Source: Bacteroidota bacterium
GTDB lineage: Bacteria > Bacteroidota > Bacteroidia > Bacteroidales > WCHB1-69
Direction of reading: 5' to 3'
DNA: 64,000 nucleotides
NCBI GenBank assembly: GCA_019135895.1
Contig: JAGVVH010000415.1
Location: 3,226-67,225 of the forward strand
Under the pieces are notes generated by a model that saw nothing but the letters and a program-made list of their open reading frames with translations, searched no databases and was not told the origin of the DNA. Made by a program: the position numbers and the translations under genes. Of this stretch, positions 30,601 to 38,800 are shown in pieces. How positions within the stretch are numbered: the stretch's first letter is position 1; each line of letters starts with the position of its first letter.

Positions 30601-32397
30601 AATAGTGATATCAGGTGCATCGGGTCCATCCAGTACTTTAAAGCAGTTTTCAAAAAGTGATTGACATTTATCGTCAGCAATTTTCAAAAGTTCAACGGAA
30701 GCCCAGGCACCGCCCTGTGAGGCACGCGCCCAAGGAATACCGACAGTAATGTAGTTGACAGAACCGGCTTTCAGTGTGAAAGGTCCGGCAGATTGCATAA
30801 AACGACGGTCATAAGGAGCATTTCCAACATTAGCTTCTGTCCATCCACCGTCACCATATTGTGATATGTTAGGATCAATACCGGCAGTTCCCCAATTACA
30901 AGGGTCTGTTGTTCCGGGGAACATAAAATCACATTCCGGACCTGAAGCCCCGTTTGATGGATGTGCATTTGCTCCATATCTCATTCGTTGATTATCTCTC
31001 CAAATACCTTGTAACATATTATAATAATCAATAGCTACATCTGGATCTCCGGTAGGAGAGTCATTATTGTTGTGGTAAACAAATCTTCTCATTCCGAAAC
31101 GTTCATTGTCAACAATGCCATCACCAAAGTTAACTCCGTTGATTGCCATTTGATCAACAGCATATTCGCTTTCCAAAAAACGATCACAATATCCGTTTAC
31201 AATAGAAGAATCTTTGTAAAATTTAGGGTTGTCTCTGCCATCATCGTCGATATAAGGTCCTTGAAAAAAGTCAACTCCAACAGCAGGTGGTTGATTACTA
31301 TATGCCCAAGTTTGACCAGTTCCGTCAACATCATAGCCATTGTAACAATAACCCAATCCTCTGGCTACATCGCAACCGACATAGTCATCATTGGCATAAC
31401 CCAAATCAGGGTCAACCCATTGTGAGAAAAAAGTATTGGTTAATTCATAAGTAGATCTATTGATGATTTCATAAGAATAGAAAGTCATGTTGTTTAGATC
31501 GTCATTGGTAGCAAAACCAAATGCTTGTCCACGAATTTCAAGGCCGATAGGTTCTCCTTCGGATTCGGTATGAGCACCTCCTTTATCATTGAAAATCCAA
31601 TAGAGTGTCTCATCCCCTTTAAGAACGTGGTCAGCATAGATCATTCCGGTGGTAACACCGGAAGCTTCTTCAGGAGTAATCGGGAGCATTCCTGCAGCAG
31701 CCAAAGCTCTATTTGCTTCAGTCCAAGGACATAAATCATTGTCAAGGTCATAATAAGGATAATCACCTTGATCCGGATTGTATTCACCGTCTTCACCTAA
31801 ATCCTTAAATGGAGCCAGATATTTGGATTGTCCTTTGGAAACATCCCCATGTGCAGGCCAGTTGGTAATAATTGAAGGAGTGACATATTCCGGGTCAATC
31901 AAAGTTCCGTTTTCGTCGAAAGCAGCGATATGAGCTTCTACCTGAGCACGAGTAATTTTAAAATGTTTATCATATTGACTGCAAGTTTCCTGATCTACAG
32001 ATGCGCCTACAACTGTAAGTGGACCTGTCCAAAAATCATCTCCTTTTTGGCGAAAACGGACAGCAGCCAATTTTAATTGTTGATTAATATCTCTTCCTCC
32101 AATCCATAAGGCAGAGGAAAACATTGAAGTCATTCCGGAGCCAATAGGCACTTCATATTCTGCAACTTCTTTGAACCACATTGTTCCGTTTGTTTCCAAA
32201 TATGCTCTAACATTATTGATTGTCAGTTCATTTGAATTGGTAGCGGGAAGGCAGGAGGCATTTGCTTTTTGTTTTGTAGAAATTTGGACATTTCTTGATC
32301 TTTCTGCCAATACCGACGAGGAAGCAAGGAGTGTGAAAATTCCAACTAAAATTAAAATTTTGTTTATATTCTTCATGTCTCGATTTATTTTTTTCAT
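27670..32397 (-). CDS. giant (1575 aa) secreted protein with a T9SS-type C-terminal sorting domain, function unknown
   Basis: Signal peptide ILILVGIFTLLASSSVLA. C-terminal VVPNPYYG...CSISIFTVGGLLV...WDLKNNAGIPIASGVYIIHV...LKFF resembles the Por secretion tail. No PorU/C25 or other catalytic motif seen. Confidence 0.7.
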   Translation of the reverse strand: MKKINRDMKNINKILILVGIFTLLASSSVLAERSRNVQISTKQKANASCLPATNSNELTINNVRAYLETNGTMWFKEVAEYEVPIGSGMTSMFSSALWIGGRDINQQLKLAAVRFRQKGDDFWTGPLTVVGASVDQETCSQYDKHFKITRAQVEAHIAAFDENGTLIDPEYVTPSIITNWPAHGDVSKGQSKYLAPFKDLGEDGEYNPDQGDYPYYDLDNDLCPWTEANRALAAAGMLPITPEEASGVTTGMIYADHVLKGDETLYWIFNDKGGAHTESEGEPIGLEIRGQAFGFATNDDLNNMTFYSYEIINRSTYELTNTFFSQWVDPDLGYANDDYVGCDVARGLGYCYNGYDVDGTGQTWAYSNQPPAVGVDFFQGPYIDDDGRDNPKFYKDSSIVNGYCDRFLESEYAVDQMAINGVNFGDGIVDNERFGMRRFVYHNNNDSPTGDPDVAIDYYNMLQGIWRDNQRMRYGANAHPSNGASGPECDFMFPGTTDPCNWGTAGIDPNISQYGDGGWTEANVGNAPYDRRFMQSAGPFTLKAGSVNYITVGIPWARASQGGAWASVELLKIADDKCQSLFENCFKVLDGPDAPDITIRELENELILYISNDDKLSNNYNEEYEEFDNQIAEFREVETSYNVTDTIHAYTQDGRDTIITYTRQVTSIDKIPNDRKYRFEGYMIYQLKNKSISVTDLDDPDKAKLVGQCDIENYRSDGSAVGQLVNWVYNDAVASSVATEMVNGSNNGIYHSLKLTEDKFATTATELVNHKTYYYMVIAYAYNEFAPYSITNGVEGLAGQQKVFLAGRKNIKVYSGIPHKTTPQNEGTVLNSAYGTQPMITRIEGQGNGGYFLDMTDESRDKIISGGELDDYGQPTWAINEIQYKNNYGPLGIKVIDPLKVKPFDYTIKFIENADDVTDSTNWQLEIMDVTDEELISLNLVDEDNNPIRIINSKMSIDMTNEQLILPLGISISIKNYEFQIHQKELMDWVKSTSTGLNYVNLSKYAQVDFIGSSIEYADNSKPWLGGVEDGEGDFPNNWIRSGQQNSGQWQGLEAGEGVRDDYAKWKTEDFFMLMAAGTLNDSWQSRGWKDPKGQFEDAIGGTWAPYVLSSPYNGGPQAKYIKPDTIPGVQPEEPYYDFTLLGAIPNCPGFNQTMTNIYSVDIVLTPDKSKWTHCIVLEACDDETLSEGGALKNEPRKHRSVDKDGNPDSDPDSYGMGWFPGYAINVETGERLNIMFSENSSDTRNNGNDMLFNPTDVYAYFHYTNEDEGIDTLYPINAATYNSIFTGTTEPVWGGKHFVYVCGSSGNTNSIFYSARGFDRKRNYNDSYQYFLSNGINQGGSFSFGGKDYPFYECGPYDECSWLKAKFSQFVDNSTLSNSIIHQFKMQLFNNVMWTSIPMPAYGQNENWLSNQAIVKLRVSRPYMRYSSRWYDNPSTASNASQNNGFPMYTFTTKNIAPTTNAESTHQSILDEINVVPNPYYGFSMYESTALENYIKIVNLPENCSISIFTVGGLLVKSISKGDSGSTYVNWDLKNNAGIPIASGVYIIHVKAPGIGERTLKFFCAMRPVDLNAF

Positions 32398-32412
32398 TAT
32401 TACTTCATTATA

Positions 32413-35400
32413 TTAAAAACCAAATTGAAGTCCCAAACTAACCCTTGCAGGTGTGCTGTAGTTATAAGGATTTTGCATTATCATATTGTAATAGTTAATG
32501 TAGGAAGGCACATATATCTGTGAATTAATTTGTTGTTGATATTCAGTAGCTGAAAGGTATCCATCATCATCAGGATTTCCGGTGTATGTATATACAGATA
32601 TAATGTTTTTAAAATTAAAAATATTAGTAATATCTAAATAAACAAGCAGGTATGCATTTTTAGAATTTTTTTGTTTTCCTTCTTTGTCTTTAGAATTTAG
32701 ATTAAAAATAAAAGTTTTATCAATACGGATGTCGCATTGGAAAGTCCATGGTTTATGAGAACCATTTATAGATCCTGAAAGTTGAGAAGCGGTTCCTGAA
32801 ACGTAGGTTGAGTAAGGTGTACTTGAGCGGCTATAAGGGAGACCTGAAGCTGCTGATAATAGAAGAGTTATTCCGGTATTTTCAAGCCATCTGATTTCTT
32901 TAACTTTATTAGTTCCTTTTTTAGAATATTGAGATTTGGGACCGTTATAGTCGGCACCTCCATCAAAACGGTAGTCAATATTGGCACTAATACGATGTCT
33001 TTGGTCAAAAGAAAGATTATTTAATGTTCTTAAATTAGGTTGACCTGAAGCAATGATGGCGAGGTTTGAAGAAGCCGAGGATCCGGTTCCTTTTGCAAAT
33101 TGCAAAGTATAACCTGCACGAAGAGAAATATTTTTTATTCTTCTTAAATCATAGCTTAAAGAGAAGCCCTGAACTGTTCCAAAGTCAAGATTAGCATAGG
33201 AGTAATAAGTACTCGGATATGAACCGGAATAACGGTATGCCTGAATCTGGTCACGTTTTTCAGAATAATAAGCAGTAATTCCGATTGCCGATTTATCACT
33301 TACTTTTTGAGTAAAACTAACCTCATAGTCAATACTTTTTTGAGGTTTAAGGTTTGGATTGTTTACAATATTATTTGCATTGGTCCCGAATTTTTCTATA
33401 AAGAGATAATCAATAGGACTTAATTGTAAGTTGGTAGGACGGGAGGTGATAATATTATAGTGAGCAGTAAATACTGAGTTATCTGAAACAGGAAATGAAA
33501 ATGAAACACGTGGCATAATAGACCATTGTGGTTTATAATCTTCAAAAGCACTTGGGTCAACTTTTGAAATAGCTCCGTTTTCAAGAGCATCTACTAAGAT
33601 TGGACCACCATTAGCTCCCAACATGTTTTCAGGATCGGCTACTTCTTGACCCTGACTATCATACCAAGTATTTCCGTTTCGATAACCGATGATAGTAGTA
33701 TTATCTAAATCAAGAGTTCCATCTTTTTGGTTTACATATACAACCCAGTCGTCTCCTGCGTTATTAGTAAAATATTGATCCCTCATATAGCCTTTCTCAA
33801 CTAAATCTCCAACAGTGTATGCTGCGCGGAATAAGTAAGGGTCAGACAATACAGATTGATTTGCATCGAAACGGTCAATGCGGACACCAATATTAAACAA
33901 TAAACTCTGAATAGAGAATTTGTCCTGTAAGTATAAAGCCATATATATAGGTTCATAAGCTCCAATATTGTAAGTCTTATTACCATTTTCATCTGTAGAA
34001 TTAAAGAAATCGTAAATCGTAGTTTTTTTATTGTATTTGTGAGTTCCTGTATAATCATAACCATAATAATTTACCAGAGAACTGCTGAGTCCAACCAATA
34101 ATTCTTCGGCTGAGAACATGCTTAAATCATAAGTTTCAGGAGAAAGATTATCAATATCAATCCAGTCGCTGCCATTAGGATCCAATCCCAGTGAAGTACG
34201 TAAATTTCTGTCGAAAGAAGTTTGTTCATCCAAATTGATTAAATTATTATAATCAACAGTATCTCCATGAATGATGGGATTGTCAACATCAAGCTCATTA
34301 ATATGGAAGTTGGCTTTTTGTCTCATCATTGTCCAAAGTGGAGTTGGATTAACTGAGAATCCACGACTGGTAAGTTTTTCAAATTCATAACCTAATTTAA
34401 ATTCATGATCTTTTAGATTAACAGATAAACTTGCTTTAGCCCCTAAAGAAGTTAATTCGGATTTGCTATAACCATCGGTAATTGCACCAGGCATATAAAA
34501 AAGGCTATAAACACGATCAGGCTGGTCTCCGTTTCTCAAAGCTCCGAACTGAGAATATAAAGTCAAGTTATAAGGTACTGTATATCCGTAATAGTCATTA
34601 ATTATTTCAGGAGTGAACTGATCAACAAAATTCTGAGTATAGTAAATTAAGTCCGGATTAGAGCTTCCTGTTGCATCAAAAGTAACTAAAGAATCATAGA
34701 TATTGGTCAATACAGTCATATCATAATACATAATAGAATCGATTTTTATATCCTGTAATTCATAATATTTAGCTTTGGTAGTTTTAAAATATCCAATATG
34801 ACCATAATTAAACAATTTATCTTTATGTCTTGCATCCTGAGTTAATGAATTAAACTTAGTATAGTTAATATTAATATCATACATAATATTTTTAAAGATA
34901 GCGGTATCACTTGGATTGGTATAAACTCTATGATTGATTCGGGCATTCAATCTCATGGTAGAGTTTTGTGATTCAGAGTTGTTTTGAGCATTAAACAGTG
35001 CAGTTGACCTACCCCAGTTTTTACCTTTTAAGAATTCATAAGAACCACCCACGGATATCTTTACATTATGTGTTTTTCCTGTAAGGAAATCAAGTTTTCC
35101 CTGCAAGAGATAATTCCAGTAACCGGCATGATCTCTTACTCTTCTTTTATAGAAAGCATCACTTTCAAGGTAACTGGCGCTTTGATACCATACTCCGAAA
35201 TCAGTTGGGTCATAACGAAGCGGAGTTTTAATCAAATAGTCAATAGTTTCATCAGTAGCTCGCCAAGTTCCACCTTGTGCAGGAGAGTTATCGATATCAT
35301 AAGAAATTTCACCTGTGAGCAAAAATCCAATTCTGGCAGGATCTGAAAGTTTTTTTCCTTTGAGGAGAGGCCCTGAAAGAGAAAGAGCTCCAAGGAAATT

Positions 35401-36132
35401 GCCATAGCCTTCAAGAGAGCCTCTTAGTTCAGCAGCTCCATGAAAATCTTTAGAAATACCTTTTGTCGTAATAACGGTAAAACTGGTTCCATCACCATAT
35501 TCAGCAGGAATACCTCCCTGAATTAATTCGGCTTCTTCAATTGATTGCATAGAAACTCCACCATTACCTCTGACACGCACACCATCAATAATTGTTTGTT
35601 GTCCATCAGGACGATTTCCGCGGACACTGGCAATGGCTCCGTCTTGAATGGTAACACCTTCCACACTGGCAAGTGCTGCATTGATGGATCGACCGGGGGT
35701 TCTTCGTAAATCCTCACCAGTAATAGTGACTGACTTTTTTGTTTCATCTTGATCAAATACGGGCTTTTCCCATTTAATTTCCACGGCAGCAAGTTCTTGA
35801 CCACACGTGATGGTAGCATTTTCAAACATTACAACATTAGGGGAGATGGAAATACCTGTTTTCTTGTATGTGTTTGAACAACCAAGAGGCCCGGTAATTT
35901 CAAGATCATATTTTCCGGCAGATATACCGAACAGTTGGTATTCTCCCTTTTCATTAGTCATAGCATAATTCACAACTTTATCATCCTGTTTCAAATATAC
36001 GTTTGCATAAGCCAAGGCCGACTTAGTTTGATCTTTAACAGTTCCTTTTAAAGTACTTTGTTGTGAGTACGCAATTTCGCTGCAAAGGAAGATAATTCCA
36101 AGAGCAAATAGTAACTTTTTAATCATAGCCAT
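32413..36132 (-). CDS. oversized (1239 aa) TonB-dependent-receptor-like plug/barrel protein with CarboxypepD_reg-like domain
   Basis: Signal peptide. TLKGTVKDQTKSALAYANVYL...NEKGEYQLFGISAGKYDLEI. Plug-like ASVEGVTIQDG...VRGNRPDGQQTIIDGVRV. Ends GLQFGF (terminal aromatic). Confidence 0.75.
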   Translation of the reverse strand: MAMIKKLLFALGIIFLCSEIAYSQQSTLKGTVKDQTKSALAYANVYLKQDDKVVNYAMTNEKGEYQLFGISAGKYDLEITGPLGCSNTYKKTGISISPNVVMFENATITCGQELAAVEIKWEKPVFDQDETKKSVTITGEDLRRTPGRSINAALASVEGVTIQDGAIASVRGNRPDGQQTIIDGVRVRGNGGVSMQSIEEAELIQGGIPAEYGDGTSFTVITTKGISKDFHGAAELRGSLEGYGNFLGALSLSGPLLKGKKLSDPARIGFLLTGEISYDIDNSPAQGGTWRATDETIDYLIKTPLRYDPTDFGVWYQSASYLESDAFYKRRVRDHAGYWNYLLQGKLDFLTGKTHNVKISVGGSYEFLKGKNWGRSTALFNAQNNSESQNSTMRLNARINHRVYTNPSDTAIFKNIMYDININYTKFNSLTQDARHKDKLFNYGHIGYFKTTKAKYYELQDIKIDSIMYYDMTVLTNIYDSLVTFDATGSSNPDLIYYTQNFVDQFTPEIINDYYGYTVPYNLTLYSQFGALRNGDQPDRVYSLFYMPGAITDGYSKSELTSLGAKASLSVNLKDHEFKLGYEFEKLTSRGFSVNPTPLWTMMRQKANFHINELDVDNPIIHGDTVDYNNLINLDEQTSFDRNLRTSLGLDPNGSDWIDIDNLSPETYDLSMFSAEELLVGLSSSLVNYYGYDYTGTHKYNKKTTIYDFFNSTDENGNKTYNIGAYEPIYMALYLQDKFSIQSLLFNIGVRIDRFDANQSVLSDPYLFRAAYTVGDLVEKGYMRDQYFTNNAGDDWVVYVNQKDGTLDLDNTTIIGYRNGNTWYDSQGQEVADPENMLGANGGPILVDALENGAISKVDPSAFEDYKPQWSIMPRVSFSFPVSDNSVFTAHYNIITSRPTNLQLSPIDYLFIEKFGTNANNIVNNPNLKPQKSIDYEVSFTQKVSDKSAIGITAYYSEKRDQIQAYRYSGSYPSTYYSYANLDFGTVQGFSLSYDLRRIKNISLRAGYTLQFAKGTGSSASSNLAIIASGQPNLRTLNNLSFDQRHRISANIDYRFDGGADYNGPKSQYSKKGTNKVKEIRWLENTGITLLLSAASGLPYSRSSTPYSTYVSGTASQLSGSINGSHKPWTFQCDIRIDKTFIFNLNSKDKEGKQKNSKNAYLLVYLDITNIFNFKNIISVYTYTGNPDDDGYLSATEYQQQINSQIYVPSYINYYNMIMQNPYNYSTPARVSLGLQFGF

Positions 36133-36156
36133 TTATTTATATTAAACATTATTATT

Positions 36157-36207
36157 TTGTCAGAAAATTCTGGGCGGTAAATTTATAAAAATAATTTGTT
36201 CTGACAA
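36157..36207. promoter_or_regulatory. 9-bp inverted repeat in the leader of the outer-membrane operon
   Basis: ttgtcagaa (36157-36165) and ttctgacaa (36199-36207) are exact reverse complements 33 nt apart. On the minus strand the spacer contains TAAATTTA, a near match to the -7 box. Confidence 0.35.
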
Positions 36208-36244
36208 TTTATTTTTTTTGAAAGCCCAATATTTTTATAATATC

Positions 36245-36649
36245 TTAATAATTAGGTCTTTTTAAAATCTCGCCATATATAATTCCATTTATAATTTCAC
36301 CACTTTCAAGGGGTAACATTGGAAAAGATTCGTCTTCATTATCAACACTTTGAATTTTTGCTTTGACAAAAGAATCATCATTATTGTAAAATTCTGCTTC
36401 AATTTTATTCGTTTCTTCATAAGTGAAATAATTCTCTTTTTTGGAAGAATTTATTCCAATTTCTTCCATTGAGGTGTTCAAAACAGTTCTTTTTTTTTCA
36501 AATTTTGGTTCAAAAGGGATATTGACAGATTCAGGTATCTTTGGTATTTCAACCGGCTCAGAATTGTTGCTTTTTTCTTTCTTTTTATAATTGAAAAACA
36601 AGTAGGCAGCAACAACAATAATTGAAATAACTATATCAATGGTATCCAT
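36245..36649 (-). CDS. small membrane-anchored hypothetical protein
   Basis: N-terminal TM helix IVISIIVVAAYLFF, then an acidic low-complexity tail. Confidence 0.4.
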   Translation of the reverse strand: MDTIDIVISIIVVAAYLFFNYKKKEKSNNSEPVEIPKIPESVNIPFEPKFEKKRTVLNTSMEEIGINSSKKENYFTYEETNKIEAEFYNNDDSFVKAKIQSVDNEDESFPMLPLESGEIINGIIYGEILKRPNY

Positions 36650-36681
36650 CCGATTTTTTTAAGTGCAAATATACAATATTT

Positions 36682-36689
36682 TATTTTTG
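36682..36689 (+). promoter_or_regulatory. candidate -7 promoter box (TATTTTTG)
   Basis: TAnnTTTG match 22 nt upstream of ATG 36711. Confidence 0.45.
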
Positions 36690-36710
36690 CTTCGTTATAT
36701 TCTTTTACCG

Positions 36711-37127
36711 ATGAAAAAATTATTTTTTATATTATTCTGTTTTTGGTGCTTAATTGGTTGTAATGGTTATGAGCACGAGACTATTCCTAACGTTCAAGTA
36801 GATTTTACTATTTATCCAAATGATGTTGCATACTATAGTTTAAATAATTATGGAGGGCATATGTATTTTACCGGAGGTGTGAGGGGAATTGTTGTCTATA
36901 GGCTTGATCCATATACTTTTATGGCCTATGATCGTGCATGCCCTTACGACTGGGAAGATAACGATTCTTGGATTTGGGTGGAGGAAAGTGGTATTACACT
37001 TATTGACAGTTGTTGTGGCTCCAGATTTAATATATTGGATGGCTCTGTTATTAATGGTCCTGCAATCTATTCGTTAAAGCATTACAGAACAACCTTTGAC
37101 GGAGTAAAACTTCGTGTCTATAACTGA
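36711..37127 (+). CDS. lipoprotein with a degenerate Rieske-like domain
   Basis: MKKLFFILFCFWCLIGC lipobox. ACPYDW...DSCCGSRFNILDGSVINGPA follows the Rieske CxH...CxxH...GPA pattern, but both His ligands are replaced. Confidence 0.45.
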   Translation: MKKLFFILFCFWCLIGCNGYEHETIPNVQVDFTIYPNDVAYYSLNNYGGHMYFTGGVRGIVVYRLDPYTFMAYDRACPYDWEDNDSWIWVEESGITLIDSCCGSRFNILDGSVINGPAIYSLKHYRTTFDGVKLRVYN

Positions 37128-37924
37128 GGCATCATTTCATATACTAGTTGCACCATTTTGGGCCCTGCTGCTGCGGCTTCCTTCAGCACTTCTTCATGGG
37201 AAGCTTTTTCAACTTTTCCAATAATACCCAAATCTGTTATTACAGATAATGCAAATACTTCCATTCCCCTGTGTTTGGCAGCAATTGTCTCCGGAACAGT
37301 TGACATTCCAACAGCATCGGCTCCCATATAATGAAACATTCTGTATTCTGCGGGGGTTTCAAAACAAGGACCGGTTACGCCCATATATACACCTTGTTGA
37401 AGGTGTATGTTGATTTTTTTTCCTGTTTCCAAAGCAATCTTAATCAGCTTCTTAGAATATGCCTCGCTCATATCGGGAAAGCGGGGTCCTTCATTGTCTT
37501 CGTTTGGTCCAAGTAGTGGATTGTTTCCGAAAAAATTAATATGGTCATTTATTATCATAATATCTCCAATTTTAAATGTGGGATTCATCCCTCCTGCAGC
37601 ATTTGACAATATTATTTTTTCAATTCCAAGCTCTTTAAGAATCTGAATTGGAAGAGTAACTTCTTTCATTGAATATCCTTCATAATAATGAAACCTGCCA
37701 TTAAGAACAATTACATCTACGTTATTTAATTTTCCAAAAATCCAGGTTCCTTTATGTCCTTTAACCGTCGAAACAATAAAATCAGGAATTTCTCGGTATG
37801 GGATTTCAATTCTTTCTTTTATTTTATCAACAAGGCCTCCTAAACCTGACCCTAAAATTATTGCAATTTTAGGGCGATTTGTCATCTTTTCTTTTAAATA
37901 CTTAACAGTTTTATCTATGTTCAT
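37118..37924 (-). CDS. purine nucleoside phosphorylase, trimeric (PunA/human PNP) type, copy 1
   Basis: Collinear with human PNP: GRFHYYEGY, SNAAGG, GPCFETPAEYRM, GADAVGMSTVPE, then SVITDLG where human has SLITNKV. Confidence 0.9.
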   Translation of the reverse strand: MNIDKTVKYLKEKMTNRPKIAIILGSGLGGLVDKIKERIEIPYREIPDFIVSTVKGHKGTWIFGKLNNVDVIVLNGRFHYYEGYSMKEVTLPIQILKELGIEKIILSNAAGGMNPTFKIGDIMIINDHINFFGNNPLLGPNEDNEGPRFPDMSEAYSKKLIKIALETGKKINIHLQQGVYMGVTGPCFETPAEYRMFHYMGADAVGMSTVPETIAAKHRGMEVFALSVITDLGIIGKVEKASHEEVLKEAAAAGPKMVQLVYEMMPQL

Positions 37925-37984
37925 TTCATATTATATTATATAGTATATTTTTTTGTTTGCATTATGACAAAATAAACTCAATTG

Positions 37985-38800
37985 CTATGAAATCAAAGGC
38001 ATCATTTCATAAATTAGCTTCACCATTTTAGGTCCTGCAATTTCAGCTTCTTTAAGAACCTCTTCCAAAGATACTTTTTCTATTTTTCCGGTAATACCCA
38101 AATCAGTTATAACAGATAAAGCGAAGACTTTTATATTTCTGTGACGTGCCATTATGGTTTCAGGCACAGTTGACATTCCGACTGCATCAGCACCTAAATA
38201 ATGAAACATCCTGTATTCTGCCGGAGTTTCAAAGCAGGGCCCGCTTAATCCCAAATATACACCCTGTTGAAGATGAATATCTGTTTTTTTTGCACAAGTT
38301 AAAGCAATATTGATTAATTCTTTCGAATATGCTTCGCTCATATCAGGGAATCGTGGACCTAAATTGTCATCATTTGCTCCTATCAAAGGATTGGTCCCGA
38401 AAAAATTAATATGATCGGTAATAATCATGATATCACCAATTTTGAATGCCGGATTCATTCCACCTGCCGCATTTGATAAAATGAGTTTTTCTATTCCAAT
38501 TTCTTTCATGATTTGGATAGGCATTGTTACTTCATTTAATGTGTAACCTTCGTAATAGTGAAACCTTCCATTAAGGACAACAACATCAACTCCGTTAAAT
38601 TTTCCAAAAATCCAGGTCCCTTTATGACCGCTAACAGTTGAAATAGGAAAATTTGGAATATCTTGATAGGGTATTTCAAGTTCTACTTGTAACTTTTCAA
38701 CAAGTCCACCCAGACCTGTTCCCAAAATAATGCCTATTTTGGGTTTTGAAAACATTTTGTCTCTTAGATAATTAATTGACGATTGAATTGGATCTAACAT
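37985..38800 (-). CDS. purine nucleoside phosphorylase, trimeric type, copy 2 (tandem paralogue)
   Basis: Carries the same motifs as copy 1, and most residues are identical by eye. The start is set at ATG 38800 (MLDPIQSSINYLRDKM) by alignment with copy 1, giving a 29-nt overlap with the end of lpxK. Confidence 0.88.
   Translation of the reverse strand: MLDPIQSSINYLRDKMFSKPKIGIILGTGLGGLVEKLQVELEIPYQDIPNFPISTVSGHKGTWIFGKFNGVDVVVLNGRFHYYEGYTLNEVTMPIQIMKEIGIEKLILSNAAGGMNPAFKIGDIMIITDHINFFGTNPLIGANDDNLGPRFPDMSEAYSKELINIALTCAKKTDIHLQQGVYLGLSGPCFETPAEYRMFHYLGADAVGMSTVPETIMARHRNIKVFALSVITDLGITGKIEKVSLEEVLKEAEIAGPKMVKLIYEMMPLIS

Noticed and set aside
27670-32397. The giant protein could be PorU (the T9SS sortase), because it lies next to a PorV-like gene.
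   Set aside because: I could not find the C25 gingipain-type peptidase hallmarks that I associate with PorU, for example His-Gly and catalytic-Cys contexts. The protein is also about 300-400 aa longer than the PorU proteins I remember. A profile search is still needed.
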